Assembly (NCBI RefSeq): GCF_049060185.1
Contig: NZ_JBMEQO010000002.1
Length of the DNA: 64,000 nt
From: Nannocystis pusilla
GTDB taxonomy: Bacteria; Myxococcota_A; Polyangia; Nannocystales; Nannocystaceae
Reading direction: 5' to 3' (one strand)
In this document: one piece after another, positions 35,646 through 46,228 of the stretch
How the letters are laid out: every line of letters begins with the position of its first letter
How positions within the stretch are numbered: the stretch's first letter is position 1
Position numbers and translations under genes: made by a program
The notes under the pieces: generated by a model
Told to the model about the DNA's origin: nothing
What the model saw: the letters and a program-made list of their open reading frames with translations, nothing else
Databases searched by the model: none

Positions 35646-36419
35646 GTGCCCGTCAACAAGCCCGCCCGCAAGCCCGCCTCTCGCTCGCGCCGCCCGCCCG
35701 ACCCGTTCGGCGAGCAGGCACGCAGCGTCGACCTCCTGTGGGGCGAGCGGCTGCGCCCGACCCGGGGCCCGCGGCCGGGCCTCAGCGCCGAGAGCATCGC
35801 TCGCGCCGCCATCGCGGTCGCCGACGCCGAGGGCCTCGACGCGGTCTCGATGCAGCGCGTCGCCGGCGAGCTCGGCTTCACCTCCATGGCGCTGTACCGC
35901 CACGTCCCCGGCAAGGACGAGCTCGTCGACCTCATGGTCGACACCGGCGTCGGCCCGCCGCCCGACCTCGCCGCCCTGCCCGGCTGGCGCGAGCGCCTGG
36001 CCGCCTGGGCCCGCGCGCTATGGGCCGTGTTTCACCGCCACCCCTGGTCGCTCGCCGCCACCAACCGCCTGCGCGTCATGGGCCCGCTCGAGCTCGCGTG
36101 GGCCGACGCCGCCCTCGGTGCCCTCGCCGACACCGGCCTGCCCCCCGCCGAACGCCACCGCGCCTTCCTCGTCGTCCTCGGCCACGTCCGCAGCGCCGCC
36201 CAGTTCAGCGTCCGCAGCAACCGCGCCCGCAGCCTGTCCGGCCCGCAGTGGGCCGCCGCCACCGGAACCCTCGTCGCCCGCGACCCGACCCGCTTCCCGG
36301 CCCTGCAGGAGGTCCTGAGCGCCGGCACCGGCACGGGCGACGGCGACGGCCTCGAGTTCGGCCTCGGCGTCGTCCTCGACGGCATCGCAGCCCTCGTCGC
36401 CCGCCGCGCCCAGACATGA
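35646..36419 (+). CDS. TetR-family transcriptional regulator
   Basis: HTH SAESIARAAIAVADAEGLDAVSMQRVAGELGFTSMALYRHV; TetR_C region; start taken at GTG just past the operator. Confidence 0.8.
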   Translation: MPVNKPARKPASRSRRPPDPFGEQARSVDLLWGERLRPTRGPRPGLSAESIARAAIAVADAEGLDAVSMQRVAGELGFTSMALYRHVPGKDELVDLMVDTGVGPPPDLAALPGWRERLAAWARALWAVFHRHPWSLAATNRLRVMGPLELAWADAALGALADTGLPPAERHRAFLVVLGHVRSAAQFSVRSNRARSLSGPQWAAATGTLVARDPTRFPALQEVLSAGTGTGDGDGLEFGLGVVLDGIAALVARRAQT

Positions 36420-36521
36420 CCCTCGCGCCATGCCCGAAGGAGCATGCCCCCACGGACATGCACCCAAGAACATGTACCTAATCACCGCGGCGCGTCCGGC
36501 TGCAGATCGGCGTGGCTCACT

Positions 36522-37109
36522 CTAAAATTCGAGCTCGACGCAGTTGGCCTCGACGCGCAGCAGCGTCAGCAGCCCCGTCAAGTCGACGCCGAACCGGCGA
36601 GCAAACGCCAGTTGAGGCACCAGCGCCAGGTCGGCGAACGACAGCGCGTCGCCGACGCTGAACCGCCCGGCCAGGGGCCGCGCCATCGCCTCGAGCGCCG
36701 CCAGCCCCGCGCCGACGAACCGGTGGATCCACGCCTTGGGGTCGGCCCCCAGCGACTCCACGTGCCGCTGCACCCCGTGTTCTGCAGCGGCTGGATCCCC
36801 GCGTTGATCACCTCCGTCAATTGCCGCACCCGTGCGCGCGCCAGCGGATCGCGCGGCAGCAGCGGCGGCGTCGGCCAGCGCTCCTCGAGGTATTCTAAAC
36901 TGCGATCGACTGCGTCAGATACAGCCCCGCCTCGACCTCGAGCACCGGTACTTGCGCCATCGGGTTGAGCCGGCGGTACTCGGGCGAGTGCTGCGCCCCG
37001 CTCCCGTCAGCAGGTCGACCGCCACGTATTCGTAGGTCAAGCCCTTGTACGCCAGAGCGATCCGCACCCGCCAGGTCGCGGTGCTGCGCCAAAATCCGTG
37101 GAGCTTCAT
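36522..37109 (-). CDS. glutathione S-transferase, zeta class / maleylacetoacetate isomerase-like; 2-3 apparent frameshifts
   Basis: [34 protein letters not shown]; [25 protein letters not shown]; C-terminal GST_C segment, each in a different frame. Confidence 0.6.
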
Positions 37110-37260
37110 GCCGTCACGATAGACCGACTCCGCGGACGCGGCCACCCGCGACGAGCTCGCTCTCGCCGCGGCCGACGACCCGTCGCTCTATCCGCCGGAA
37201 GCGGTGTGCTGCTCGATCGACTGGCAGATCCTGTTCCAGCCGCGCGTTCGCCTGTCGACG

Positions 37261-37461
37261 ATGAGCGCGGAGGGTTGCAGCGTGTACAATTGGCCCCCGT
37301 CGGTCACGGCGCGCGTGGCGTGGACGGTGTATCACACCGGCGGGTACGCGCCGCGCAATGGCCTGTCGGCGTGGATGGCCCCGAATACGGTCACCTTCGT
37401 GCCGCTGCCGGGCGAGAGCGCGCTGTACTCCTCGTATTGCACCGCGTACACCATCGATTAG
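37261..37461 (+). CDS. hypothetical small aromatic-rich protein (66 aa)
   Basis: Isolated ORF with strong GC3 codon bias; MSAEGCSVYNWPPSVTARVAWTVYHTGGYAPRNG...; no recognisable family. Confidence 0.25.
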   Translation: MSAEGCSVYNWPPSVTARVAWTVYHTGGYAPRNGLSAWMAPNTVTFVPLPGESALYSSYCTAYTID

Positions 37462-37774
37462 CGCGCGCCTCACAGTCAGCTCGCCCGGGGTCCGCGGCAT
37501 CCGAGACCGACGCAGCCGCTCGCTCGCCGTCGAGGACGACCTCGGCGATCCCGGCGCCGGCCCGCGTGCTAGCGACGCCGTCGCCCGCCTTCACCAGCGC
37601 GCGCTGCGGCCCGCGCAGGCCTTCGGCCTCGTGGTCCACCTCCGGCCGTCAGCCCGGCCAAGCCGAGATTCGTCGCGGCGTGCTCGCACGCGCCGCGCAC
37701 ATCCGCGCCGGGGCCCATGGCCCGCGCGCCTCGCCGCGTGATCGGCTACGGTGCCGCGCGGAGATTTTTGTTCA

Positions 37775-39473
37775 ATGATGCCAGTGACTCGACTGCCCTC
37801 AATGGGGCTCCTCGCCGCCGCTGCGTGCCTCCTTGCGGCCTGTCCCGGCGATTCCGGCGACACCACCGACACGGCCGCCGGCACCGACCCGACCACCGAT
37901 TCGGGCCCGACCACCGGCGCGCCCACGGGGTCGCCACCGACGATCCGCGCCGACCTCCTCGACCACGAGCGAGCCGCCGGACACCACTGACGGCCCGACC
38001 CCGGACCCCACCGACGGCCCCGTCACCACGACGACGACCACCGACGGGACCGAGACCGGCGACACCACCACCGGCGGCCAGGCCGTCAGCGTCGTCGTTC
38101 ACCTGATCCCGCAAGAGGGCGTCACCGGCGAGCAGCGGATCAACTTCGCGGTCCCCCTGGCGCCCGGCGTCCTCGCCGACGACACCCAGGTCCAGGTCCA
38201 CCACGCCGGCACCGAGCTGGCCACCGCGCTCCGCGGCCTGGCGCGTCACCCGGACGGCAGCTGGCGCAGCGTGCAGATCCAGCTCGACCTCGCGATCGAC
38301 GGCGAGACCGACCTCGATGTCGCCCTCAATGCCGCGCCCACGGCCGGATCGGTCAACCTCGTCCCGGTCGCCGACACCCTCGTCGACACCGGCCCGAACG
38401 TGTGGGCCCTGCTGCCGGCCGAATGGCTCACGACCAGCAAGTTCGCCGGTCCGCTCGGCACCGCCGCCGCCGCCGAGGGCACGCCCGGCCAGGCCTGGGC
38501 CGACAAGTGCGACTACGACGAATGGAACGTCGAGGCCTTCCTCGGCGCCAACGACTCCGCCGACGTCTGGCTGTACGATCGCGGCACCACCCACTGGCGC
38601 GGCCACGCCCGCCGCGGCGACCTCTCGACCCTGCGCTCCGCCTACCTCGAGACCACCATTTACCGCGACGGCCTCAGCGGCCAGGGCCCCGACACCGCCA
38701 TCGGCGTGCCCGGCAAGACCGGCGACGCCAAGTACTATTATACGCAGAACATGGCCCTGCATTACCTCATGACCGGCGACGACCGCTTCCGCGAGAGCGC
38801 CGAGGACGTCGCCGAGGCCTACGCCGACCTGTGGGACCCCGTCTACGAGGGCGGCGCCAGCTTCTGGACCGAGCGCCACGCCGGCTTCGGCCTGCTCGCC
38901 TACGTGTGGGCGATGAACGTCTCCGACGACCAGGCCCAGCAATTCCGCGACCTCGCCGACGCGGCGGTCACCGCCTACCTCGACGTGCAGGCCAGCTACC
39001 CGCCCGGCTACGACGATCCCGACGCCCGCTGCTTCGCCCACACCGACGTCGCCGCCGACGAGGACTTCGGCTTCTGGGGCTGCTCGCCGTGGCTCAGCGC
39101 CATCCTGGCCGACGGCCTCGATCAGTACGCCACCGAGTCGCCCGGCGCCCAGGCCGACGCCGCGCGCGCCTCGATCGTCAAGCTCGGCCGCGTCATCGCC
39201 CGCGACGGCCTCGACCCCGACGGCAAGCCCTTCTACTGGATGGGCGTCGGCGACGGCAACGGCGCAGTCGACGACTACGACGAGCACTGGGGCGAGAGCG
39301 CCTACGTCGTCGCCATGGCCTACTACCACGACGGCGCCGCCGACCCCGAGCTGCGCCAGACCGCCGAGGACCTGGCCGCCGGCTTCGGCGACCTCGGCGA
39401 GGTCCCGCACATGCGCAGCTTCAACTGGCAGTGCCGCTCCGCAGTCGCCACCCCGTGGTTCCTCGCGCAATGA
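37775..39473 (+). CDS. lipoprotein with Thr/Pro-rich linker and ~450 aa C-terminal domain of unknown function; frameshift ~37950
   Basis: MMPVTRLPSMGLLAAAACLLAAC lipobox; helical-looking C-terminal domain (...YYYTQNMALHYLMTGDDRFRESAEDV...). Confidence 0.5.
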
Positions 39474-39478
39474 CGTCA

Positions 39479-39511
39479 CATGTCCGAACGGACATCTTCC
39501 GTTCGGACATG
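39479..39511. repeat. CATG-core hairpin CATGTCCGAACGGA-CATCT-TCCGTTCGGACATG (perfect 14-bp stem)
   Basis: Starts 6 nt after the lipoprotein stop codon. Confidence 0.8.
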
Positions 39512-39561
39512 CCATGAATCGAGTCGAGGGCGCGGCCCTGCTCGGCCGACCGCGCCCTCAC

Positions 39562-39583
39562 GACATGTCCTTTACAACATGTC
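39562..39583. repeat. CATG-core hairpin GACATGT-N8-ACATGTC
   Basis: Second element in the same convergent intergenic region. Confidence 0.6.
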
Positions 39584-39666
39584 TCGAAGCGCCAATCATC
39601 GCATCGCCGACGTCCACACCCAGCTCGTCCGGTCCGGGTCCGCACCGTCGGCGCCGACCTCTTTTC

Positions 39667-40044
39667 TCAGCCGAGGTACACCCCGCCGCCCTCGGCTCGC
39701 GCCAGGCGGACCGCCTCGAGGATGTTGAGCAGGCGGAAGCGCAGCTGGTCGAGCCCGATCTCCGGCCAGCGGGCCGTGTTGCCGAGCAGCACCTGCACCT
39801 CGCGCTCGAGCACCTCGAGGTCCTCGTCCTCCGCGTGGATGTCGTACGTCGCCAGCGTCGGCAGCAGCGTCAGCCCCAGCGCCTGCGCCGCGGCCGAGCC
39901 GTACACCTTCACCCGCCAGCTCTCCGGCCCCGCGAGGTCGTTGCGCGGCGGCGCCGCGTCCAGCGTCCGCATCTCGCCGTCGGCCGTGCGCACATAGGCG
40001 TGCGTGATGAGCGTCATCGGACCTCCGACCTCAGTGTCGCGCAT
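39667..40044 (-). CDS. hypothetical protein (125 aa)
   Basis: Intact ORF with coding-like composition; no family recognised. Confidence 0.3.
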   Translation of the reverse strand: MRDTEVGGPMTLITHAYVRTADGEMRTLDAAPPRNDLAGPESWRVKVYGSAAAQALGLTLLPTLATYDIHAEDEDLEVLEREVQVLLGNTARWPEIGLDQLRFRLLNILEAVRLARAEGGGVYLG

Positions 40045-40121
40045 TCGCTCGCCGGGCGCACCCTCGCGCCGATAGCCCGGCGCGCTCGAGTTGCCGCGCC
40101 CTTCTGCTCTACTCTCGGCGC

Positions 40122-40505
40122 ATGCACGTCCTCGACCTCGTCGGCCCCGACTGGCAGCTCATCCCCCTGCGGATCCCCGCCGGATGGGCGGTGCGCCAGA
40201 ACGGCCTGGATGCCCGCCGCCTGCCCGACGGCAGCCTCGAGATCAACGACAGCGAGGACCTGCTGTGGCTCGTCAAGCTGCCCCCGCCCGACGGCGAGTA
40301 CCGCCCGGGCGCGGACAGCCCGGGGCGCGAGCTCCACCTCGACGCCGGCTTTTACCGCACCGCCTACCGCGTCGACCTGCTCGACCCCGACTGGGATCAC
40401 GTGCTCGCCAGCTTCGCCACCGAGAGCTTCACCGAGCTGCTCGCCTGCATCGAGAAGTGGCTCATGGACGCCCCGCTCGGCGACCTCTCGCCGCCCGCGT
40501 CCTAG
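40122..40505 (+). CDS. hypothetical protein (127 aa)
   Basis: Intact ORF divergent from the 39667 ORF; no family recognised. Confidence 0.3.
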   Translation: MHVLDLVGPDWQLIPLRIPAGWAVRQNGLDARRLPDGSLEINDSEDLLWLVKLPPPDGEYRPGADSPGRELHLDAGFYRTAYRVDLLDPDWDHVLASFATESFTELLACIEKWLMDAPLGDLSPPAS

Positions 40506-40598
40506 GCGCTTCCCCGGGCGCTCGCCTGCAGACGCGCAAGCCGCTGCGCAGACGCTGCCCGCCGCGATGCGGTACCCTGCGCGACCGCGGAGGAGCTC

Positions 40599-42020
40599 GT
40601 GATGGTGATGCGACGGATCAGCATTTTCGTGTGTATTGGCGCGGTGCTCGGCGGTTGCGGCGACGACGGCGGGCGCACCAGCGACAGCGGCTCGGCGACG
40701 CAGGCGACGACCACGACCACCAGCCCCACGACGACCACGACCACCGGCAGCGCCACCGACGAGCCGACCACCACTGCCCCGACCGGCACCGCCGGCGAGA
40801 CGATGACCGGCACCAGCGACGCGACGTCCACCACCGACGTCGCCACTGATACCAGCACCACCACCGGCCCTGGCGTCAATCAACCGCCGACGTGGGAGTC
40901 CGAGCCGGGCACCGAGATCGTCATCGAGGAGCTCTTCAAGAGCAACTTCGCCCCCGGCCAGATCTTCCTCGCCTCCTCGCGCACCGACGAGATCCGCGTC
41001 TACGACGGCAACAGCCTCGCGTTCATCCAGGCCTTCACGCATCCGGTGTTCAGCGAGGTCGACTCGCCGCTCTTCACCTACGGCCCCAACGGCGCCTCCT
41101 TCAATTCGCGCGGCAACCTGGTCGTCGCTGGTTACAGCAGCTTCGTCGAGTTCAGCGACTACGGCGTCGAATACGCGGTGTACCCCAAGATCGCCAGCGA
41201 GGCGACCGAGAACGTCATCTTCGACCCGCGCGGCAATCTCTACACCACCACCGCCACCGGCGGCACCGACAAGCTCAATCAGTACGACGCGATGGACTAC
41301 GCGTTCACGCAGCAGATCCCGCTGCCGGCCGGCGCGGGCCAGCTGACCGGCATCACCTTCGACGGCAAGGGCCGGCTCTACCTCGCCAGCCAGACCGACA
41401 ACACCATTCACGTCGCCGACTTCGACGACTTCGCCCAGTTCCCGTGGATCGCCACCCTTAGCGGCGCCGGCAACCCCGGCAACTTCGAGGGCCTGCAGTT
41501 CAACGCCAACGGCGAGCTCGTCGCCGCCGCCGGCGACCTCGTGCGCTACGACGTCGGCACCGGCATGAAGCTCGGCACCTTCGATCAGCCCAACGACGCC
41601 TTCCCCGTGCCGCTGCGCGTCGACAACGAGGGCAACATCTACACCGCCGACTACGAGAACGGCACGGGCACCCTGCCGGCCGACATCTTCAAGTTCGCGC
41701 CCGACGGCCAGCCCCTGACCTCGAGCAACGACCCCGGTTTGTTCGGCCCGTTCGGCCTCGCCATCTCCGGCACCGTCCTCGCCGGCGACCCGCCCGTCGC
41801 GTGGTTCTACCAGCTCGTCGCCACCGACCCCGACGGCGACGCGCTCACCTATGCCATCGTCTCCGGCCCGCCCGACATGCTGCTCGACCCGGTCAGCAAC
41901 GTGCTGTCGTGGTCGGTCACCAGCGAGGACATCGGCGAGCACCCCGTCGTCCTCAGCGTCGACGACGGCCACGGCGGCGTCACCGAGCAGATGTTCACCC
42001 TGATCGTCGCCTCCGCGTGA
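40599..42020 (+). CDS. lipoprotein with Thr-rich linker, NHL/SMP-30-like beta-propeller and C-terminal cadherin-like domain
   Basis: MMVMRRISIFVCIGAVLGGC lipobox; repeated G.LY/DG motifs; C-terminal YQLVATDPDGDALTYAIVSGPPDMLLD; intact. Confidence 0.55.
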   Translation: MMVMRRISIFVCIGAVLGGCGDDGGRTSDSGSATQATTTTTSPTTTTTTGSATDEPTTTAPTGTAGETMTGTSDATSTTDVATDTSTTTGPGVNQPPTWESEPGTEIVIEELFKSNFAPGQIFLASSRTDEIRVYDGNSLAFIQAFTHPVFSEVDSPLFTYGPNGASFNSRGNLVVAGYSSFVEFSDYGVEYAVYPKIASEATENVIFDPRGNLYTTTATGGTDKLNQYDAMDYAFTQQIPLPAGAGQLTGITFDGKGRLYLASQTDNTIHVADFDDFAQFPWIATLSGAGNPGNFEGLQFNANGELVAAAGDLVRYDVGTGMKLGTFDQPNDAFPVPLRVDNEGNIYTADYENGTGTLPADIFKFAPDGQPLTSSNDPGLFGPFGLAISGTVLAGDPPVAWFYQLVATDPDGDALTYAIVSGPPDMLLDPVSNVLSWSVTSEDIGEHPVVLSVDDGHGGVTEQMFTLIVASA

Positions 42021-42044
42021 GCCCGGCGCTTGCGATGAGCTCTT

Positions 42045-42072
42045 CAGGACATGTACTTCGAGGCATGTCCTG
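42045..42072. repeat. CATG-core hairpin CAGGACATG-N10-CATGTCCTG; second GACATGGCATGTCCCTG copy at 42105-42124
   Basis: Located between the lipoprotein stop and the SDR gene start. Confidence 0.6.
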
Positions 42073-42194
42073 AGAGTCATCCCAGGGGACCGCGTTCGCG
42101 GCAGCGACATGGCATGTCCCTGAAGACGTATTGACGCCATCCGCGGCCCCGCGGCGCAGTCGAGCGCCGCCCCTCTTGCTCGCGGCGGCGCCGC

Positions 42195-43015
42195 GTGGTC
42201 TCCTCGGCGCGCGTGACCAGCTCCTCCGACCGCACCGCCTTCGTCCACAAGTACGGCCCCTGGGCGGTCGTCGCCGGCGCCTCCGAGGGCCTCGGCGCCG
42301 CCTTCGCGCGCGGCCTCGCCGACCGCGGTCTCAACCTCCTCCTGCTCGCGCGCCGGGCCGACGCCCTCGAGGCCGTCGCCGCGCCGCTGCGCGCGCGCGT
42401 CGAGGTCCGCACCGCCGCCCTCGACCTCGCCGCCCCCGACCTCGCCGAGCAGCTCGCGCGGATCTGCGACGGCCTCGACGTCGGCCTCTGCGTCTACAAC
42501 GCCGCGCTGTCGCGGATCGGCCCGTTCCTCGACGTCCCGCTGGCCGACAAGCTCAAGATCGTCGACGTCAATGCCGCGGCCCGCTGATCGCCGCCCACGT
42601 GTTCGGCGAGCGCCTCGTGCAGCGCGGTCGCGGCGGCCTGCTCCTCATGTCCTCGCTCACCGCCTTCTGGGGCTCGCCGCTGGTCGCCACCTACGGCGCC
42701 ACCAAGGCCTTCAACCTCTCGCTCGGCGAGGCCCTGTGGTACGAGCTCGGCCCGCGCGGCGTCGACGTCCTGGTCTGCTGCGCCGGCGCCACGCGGACCC
42801 CCGGCTTCGAGCGCTCGAGCGGCCCCGACGGCCCGCGCGCCATGACGCCCGACGCCGTCGTCGCCGAGGCCCTGCAGGCCCTGGGCGGCCCGCCGAGCGC
42901 CGTCCCGGGCGGCCTCAACAAGCTGGCCGCGTTCGTCCTCGGGCGCCTGTTCCCGCGCCGGCGGGCGGTCGCCCTCATGGGCTCGCAGACCGCCCGCCTC
43001 CACGCCCGAGACTGA
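42195..43015 (+). CDS. SDR-family oxidoreductase; one apparent frameshift ~42585
   Basis: VVAGASEGLGAAFARGLADRGLNLLLLAR Rossmann region; catalytic YGATKAF in second frame. Confidence 0.65.
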
Positions 43016-43021
43016 CGCGAA

Positions 43022-44566
43022 TCAGTACACCACGCCCCAGCCGAGCGCGTTGACGAAGTTGTTGTAGTCGGCCACGAACGCGTTCACCACCGCGGCCGGC
43101 ATGCCGTCGCCCGGCACCACCGCGTGGGGCAATTCGTCGTAGACGAACACGTAATGGTTGCCCGGCCAGCTCGTCGTCGGCTTGGCGGCGCTCTGCCACC
43201 ACAAGCTCGCGTCGGTGGCCGTGCAGCCGACCGGCGCAGTCGTGGTGACCGCAGCGGTATCGCTAAAATGCCAGTTCTGGCTGCCGTAGGCGCCGAACGC
43301 CGTCTTCATGAGCTTGCACGCGTGGCCCGGCGGCACGATCGTGTCGGCCACTCCTTGCATGCGTAGGTACTTGACGTCGGTGCGCACCGCCAGATCCTCG
43401 GCGACGAACTTGCTCGAGCGCCATTCGTACGCGTGGGGCACCAACGCCGGGTCGCCGACCCAATCCTCCATCAAGTCGGGGAACGGCGTCGTCGGCGGAT
43501 CGGTAGGCAGCTCACCGACCAGCCAGCCCCCGAGCAGCGCGTGCAGCGACGCCCACTCGCTCGGCCCCGCGACGTCGATCGCCGCCTGCACCGGCGCCCC
43601 GCGCTGCACCGCCCGCGTCGTGATGCAGCCGCCGTGCGACAGCCCGTGCATCAGCACCTTCGACGCATCGGCGTACGACTTGGCCAGCACCAGATCGGTC
43701 AGCCGCAGGACATCGGTCACCTCGCCGTTGCACAGCTCGACGCTGCCGCCCGAGACCCACTCGTAACCTGGCCCGAGGTACAGCCGCTCGCCGCGATAGG
43801 TCGACATCGCCACGACCCATCCCTTCGCCGCCGACTTCAGGCAGCCATCCGGCTCGCCGCCCCAGCCGAGGCCGAACCACCCTCCGTGGTTGAAGATCTG
43901 CACCGGATGCGCCCCGGCCGCGCTCGGGCGACAGATGAGCCCGTAGATCGTGTTGCCCTGCACCGGATAGCTGACGACCTCCCACGTCACCGACACGCCG
44001 CTGATCGGCCCCGTGATCGGCCCCAGGACCGTCGTCAGCCCGCCCGTCTCGGCCGTCCCGCAGGTGCCGTTGTTGTCGAACAGGATCACCTCGTCGCCGT
44101 CCGAGCACGCGTTGCCGGCCGAAGCCGGGTGCTCGCCGCCGAGGGCGCGATCGAACGCGCACTGACCGGCCGTGGTCGTGAACGTCTTCAGTTGGTCGTC
44201 ATCGACCATCGCGCGCAGCTCGGCGCGCCCCGCCGAGCAACCGGCCTGCGTCGGCCGCCAGTACTTGGCCGCCGGCGTCAACGACTTCGCCCACGAGTAG
44301 AGCGCCGGGTCGGTGAACGACGCGGTGGTGCTCCCGATCGTCGTCGCCACCTCGTCGAAGGCCCCGGTGTCCCAGTTCCTCGCCAGGATCCGCACCGTCG
44401 ATCCCGACCCGCCCGAATAGCCCTGCATCGAGATCGCAGCGCTCGATTCGTGCGACGTGCGGCTGTTCGGCGTCCACACGCAAGCGCTCACCGGCAAGAG
44501 CAGACAGAGCCGCGCGAGGCGGCCAAATGCAAAGTTCGTCACGATAGCTTCCATCCCGTCGGCCAC
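43022..44566 (-). CDS. secreted alpha/beta-hydrolase / S9-like serine peptidase
   Basis: Signal peptide; GxSxG nucleophile elbow MHGLSHGGCITT; intact 514 aa. Confidence 0.5.
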   Translation of the reverse strand: MADGMEAIVTNFAFGRLARLCLLLPVSACVWTPNSRTSHESSAAISMQGYSGGSGSTVRILARNWDTGAFDEVATTIGSTTASFTDPALYSWAKSLTPAAKYWRPTQAGCSAGRAELRAMVDDDQLKTFTTTAGQCAFDRALGGEHPASAGNACSDGDEVILFDNNGTCGTAETGGLTTVLGPITGPISGVSVTWEVVSYPVQGNTIYGLICRPSAAGAHPVQIFNHGGWFGLGWGGEPDGCLKSAAKGWVVAMSTYRGERLYLGPGYEWVSGGSVELCNGEVTDVLRLTDLVLAKSYADASKVLMHGLSHGGCITTRAVQRGAPVQAAIDVAGPSEWASLHALLGGWLVGELPTDPPTTPFPDLMEDWVGDPALVPHAYEWRSSKFVAEDLAVRTDVKYLRMQGVADTIVPPGHACKLMKTAFGAYGSQNWHFSDTAAVTTTAPVGCTATDASLWWQSAAKPTTSWPGNHYVFVYDELPHAVVPGDGMPAAVVNAFVADYNNFVNALGWGVVY

Positions 44567-45058
44567 GCTATCCAGGCCCGATCGCAGGCGTCAAGCCGAC
44601 GTGTTCGCGCCGCGCCGCCGCGATCGATCGCTCCGCATGACGACCTGCCTGCGCCCCGACGGCGAGCTGCGCAGCGCCCCGTGACGAGGCCGCCGAACCT
44701 CGTCACGACACACGCCCTCCACGCGAGCACCCGCGCCTTGGCGCGGGTTCCCCGGTCCGAGCCCCGCGCCAAGGCCTTCAGGGCTCGACCCCGCTCTACA
44801 GCAGTGCTCGTCGCTCGCGCGTGAACTGTCGATGTGTTCACGAAGTCGACCGGGCTCTCCTCGAAGAAATGCCATGACACGCGCCGATTCCACCCTCATG
44901 CCAATCATCCCTGCGAACATTGGGGCCACCACCGCGATCTCGCCCGTCTCACGGCGAAGCCCGATGGGGAACATCCGTGGGCCCCTGACGAGCCTGCGAT
45001 CGAGTGCTGCTGCACCGACGGGTGTAAGCCCGGGCGCATCGCCAGCGTGCGGTCGGTG

Positions 45059-45600
45059 ATGCGCCTGTTCGCTCTTTGCTTGTCCCTCTTCGCTTGCCAC
45101 CCCGATACAGCAGGGCCGACGCCCGCCGCGCCCGCGCCCGCGCCCACGTCCGCGCCGGCTCCCGCACCCACGTCTGCCCCCGCGCCCGCAGCCGCGCCGA
45201 GCCCGCCACGCAGCCCCCGAATCGGCCGGACCGATCCCCGCCCTGCCGGAGCTGCGCGAGCCCAGCAACGCGTTCATGGAGGCCTTGCTCTCGGGCACCT
45301 TGATCGAGCAGTCCGGCTGCCTGCGCGTCAGCCCCGACGGCAAGCAGCCGGGTCACCTGCTGATCTGGCAGCCGGGTTACGGCGTGCGTCGCACGGGCGA
45401 CCGCCTCGAGATCGTCGACAGCACCGGCAAGGTGGTCGCCCGCGTCGGCGAGCCACTGCGCACCGGCGGCGGCCAGGTCCAGCTGACCGACGCGTTGCGC
45501 AAGCAGTTGAAGGCGCCGCTCGACGCCGCCTGCGTCGGTCCTTACTGGCTCATGGGCCAGCTGCAGACCCCTGAGCGCGCACGAGAAACAGCGGCTCCGA
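45059..45600 (+). CDS. hypothetical lipoprotein with (APAPTS) Pro/Ala-rich linker; frameshifted, 3' end uncertain
   Basis: MRLFALCLSLFAC lipobox; continues in another frame as ...LIEQSGCLRVSPDGKQPGHLLIWQPGYGVRRTGDRLEIVDSTGKVVARVGEPL... Confidence 0.3.
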
Positions 45601-45721
45601 AGAGCCGTCGACTTCGGCGCTGCGAATCGCACGACGAGCGCGCGCCGAGCGGTCGATCGCGGGCGACCGTGCTCCCGCGACGCAGGTGTAAGTCGGGCGC
45701 GTCGCAGGCGTATGGTCGGCG

Positions 45722-46172
45722 ATGCGCCCCGCCTTCATCGCCCTGCTGCTCCTCGCGTGCCGCCCCGACACCACCGAGCCGCCCACGACCGCGAGCTCTC
45801 CACCGGCCGCCCCCGCCGAACGCCACCCCGAACGCCCTGCATCGCCGCTCCCGGCGAACACGATCCAGCCCGATCGCGTGTGCGTGGTCGCCACGTCGGA
45901 GCATCACCAGCTGAGGGCAGAGTTCGACTGCACCTGCGGCGAGCCGTATGCCTGCCAGATCGCCCGCCGCGGTGACGCGCTCGAGCTCGCCTTCGAGCAA
46001 ATACCCAGCCCGGCGATCTGCGACGATTGCGTCCCGAGCCGGACCACCTGCGCCCTCGATCGACTGGCGCCCGGCGAGCGCGCGCGTGACCCTCGGCGGC
46101 CGCGAGTTCGGCGACCTGACGGCGAATGCCGACGGCTGGCTGCCAGCCGGCACCTGTCTGCCCATCCGCTGA
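45722..46172 (+). CDS. hypothetical small lipoprotein, paralogous theme to the preceding gene; one apparent frameshift
   Basis: MRPAFIALLLLAC lipobox; Cys-containing domain ...EFDCTCGEPYACQIARRGDALELAFEQIPSPAICDDC... Confidence 0.3.
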
Positions 46173-46228
46173 ACGCCCGCGCTCCGGCCACAGCGCTCAG
46201 GCCGACGCCGCGCCGCCCCGCGGTCTAT

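Noticed and set aside
39514-40602. 362-aa plus-strand ORF
   Set aside because: Starts inside the intergenic hairpin repeats and runs antisense through two opposite-strand small ORFs. Arg-rich.
44570-44833. Hairpins GTGACGAGG-N8-CCTCGTCAC (44681-44706) and GTGAAC-N9-GTTCAC (~44821-44841) in the intergenic region
   Set aside because: These are plain single stem-loops unrelated to the CATG family. They are likely a terminator or operator, but there is too little evidence to call them.
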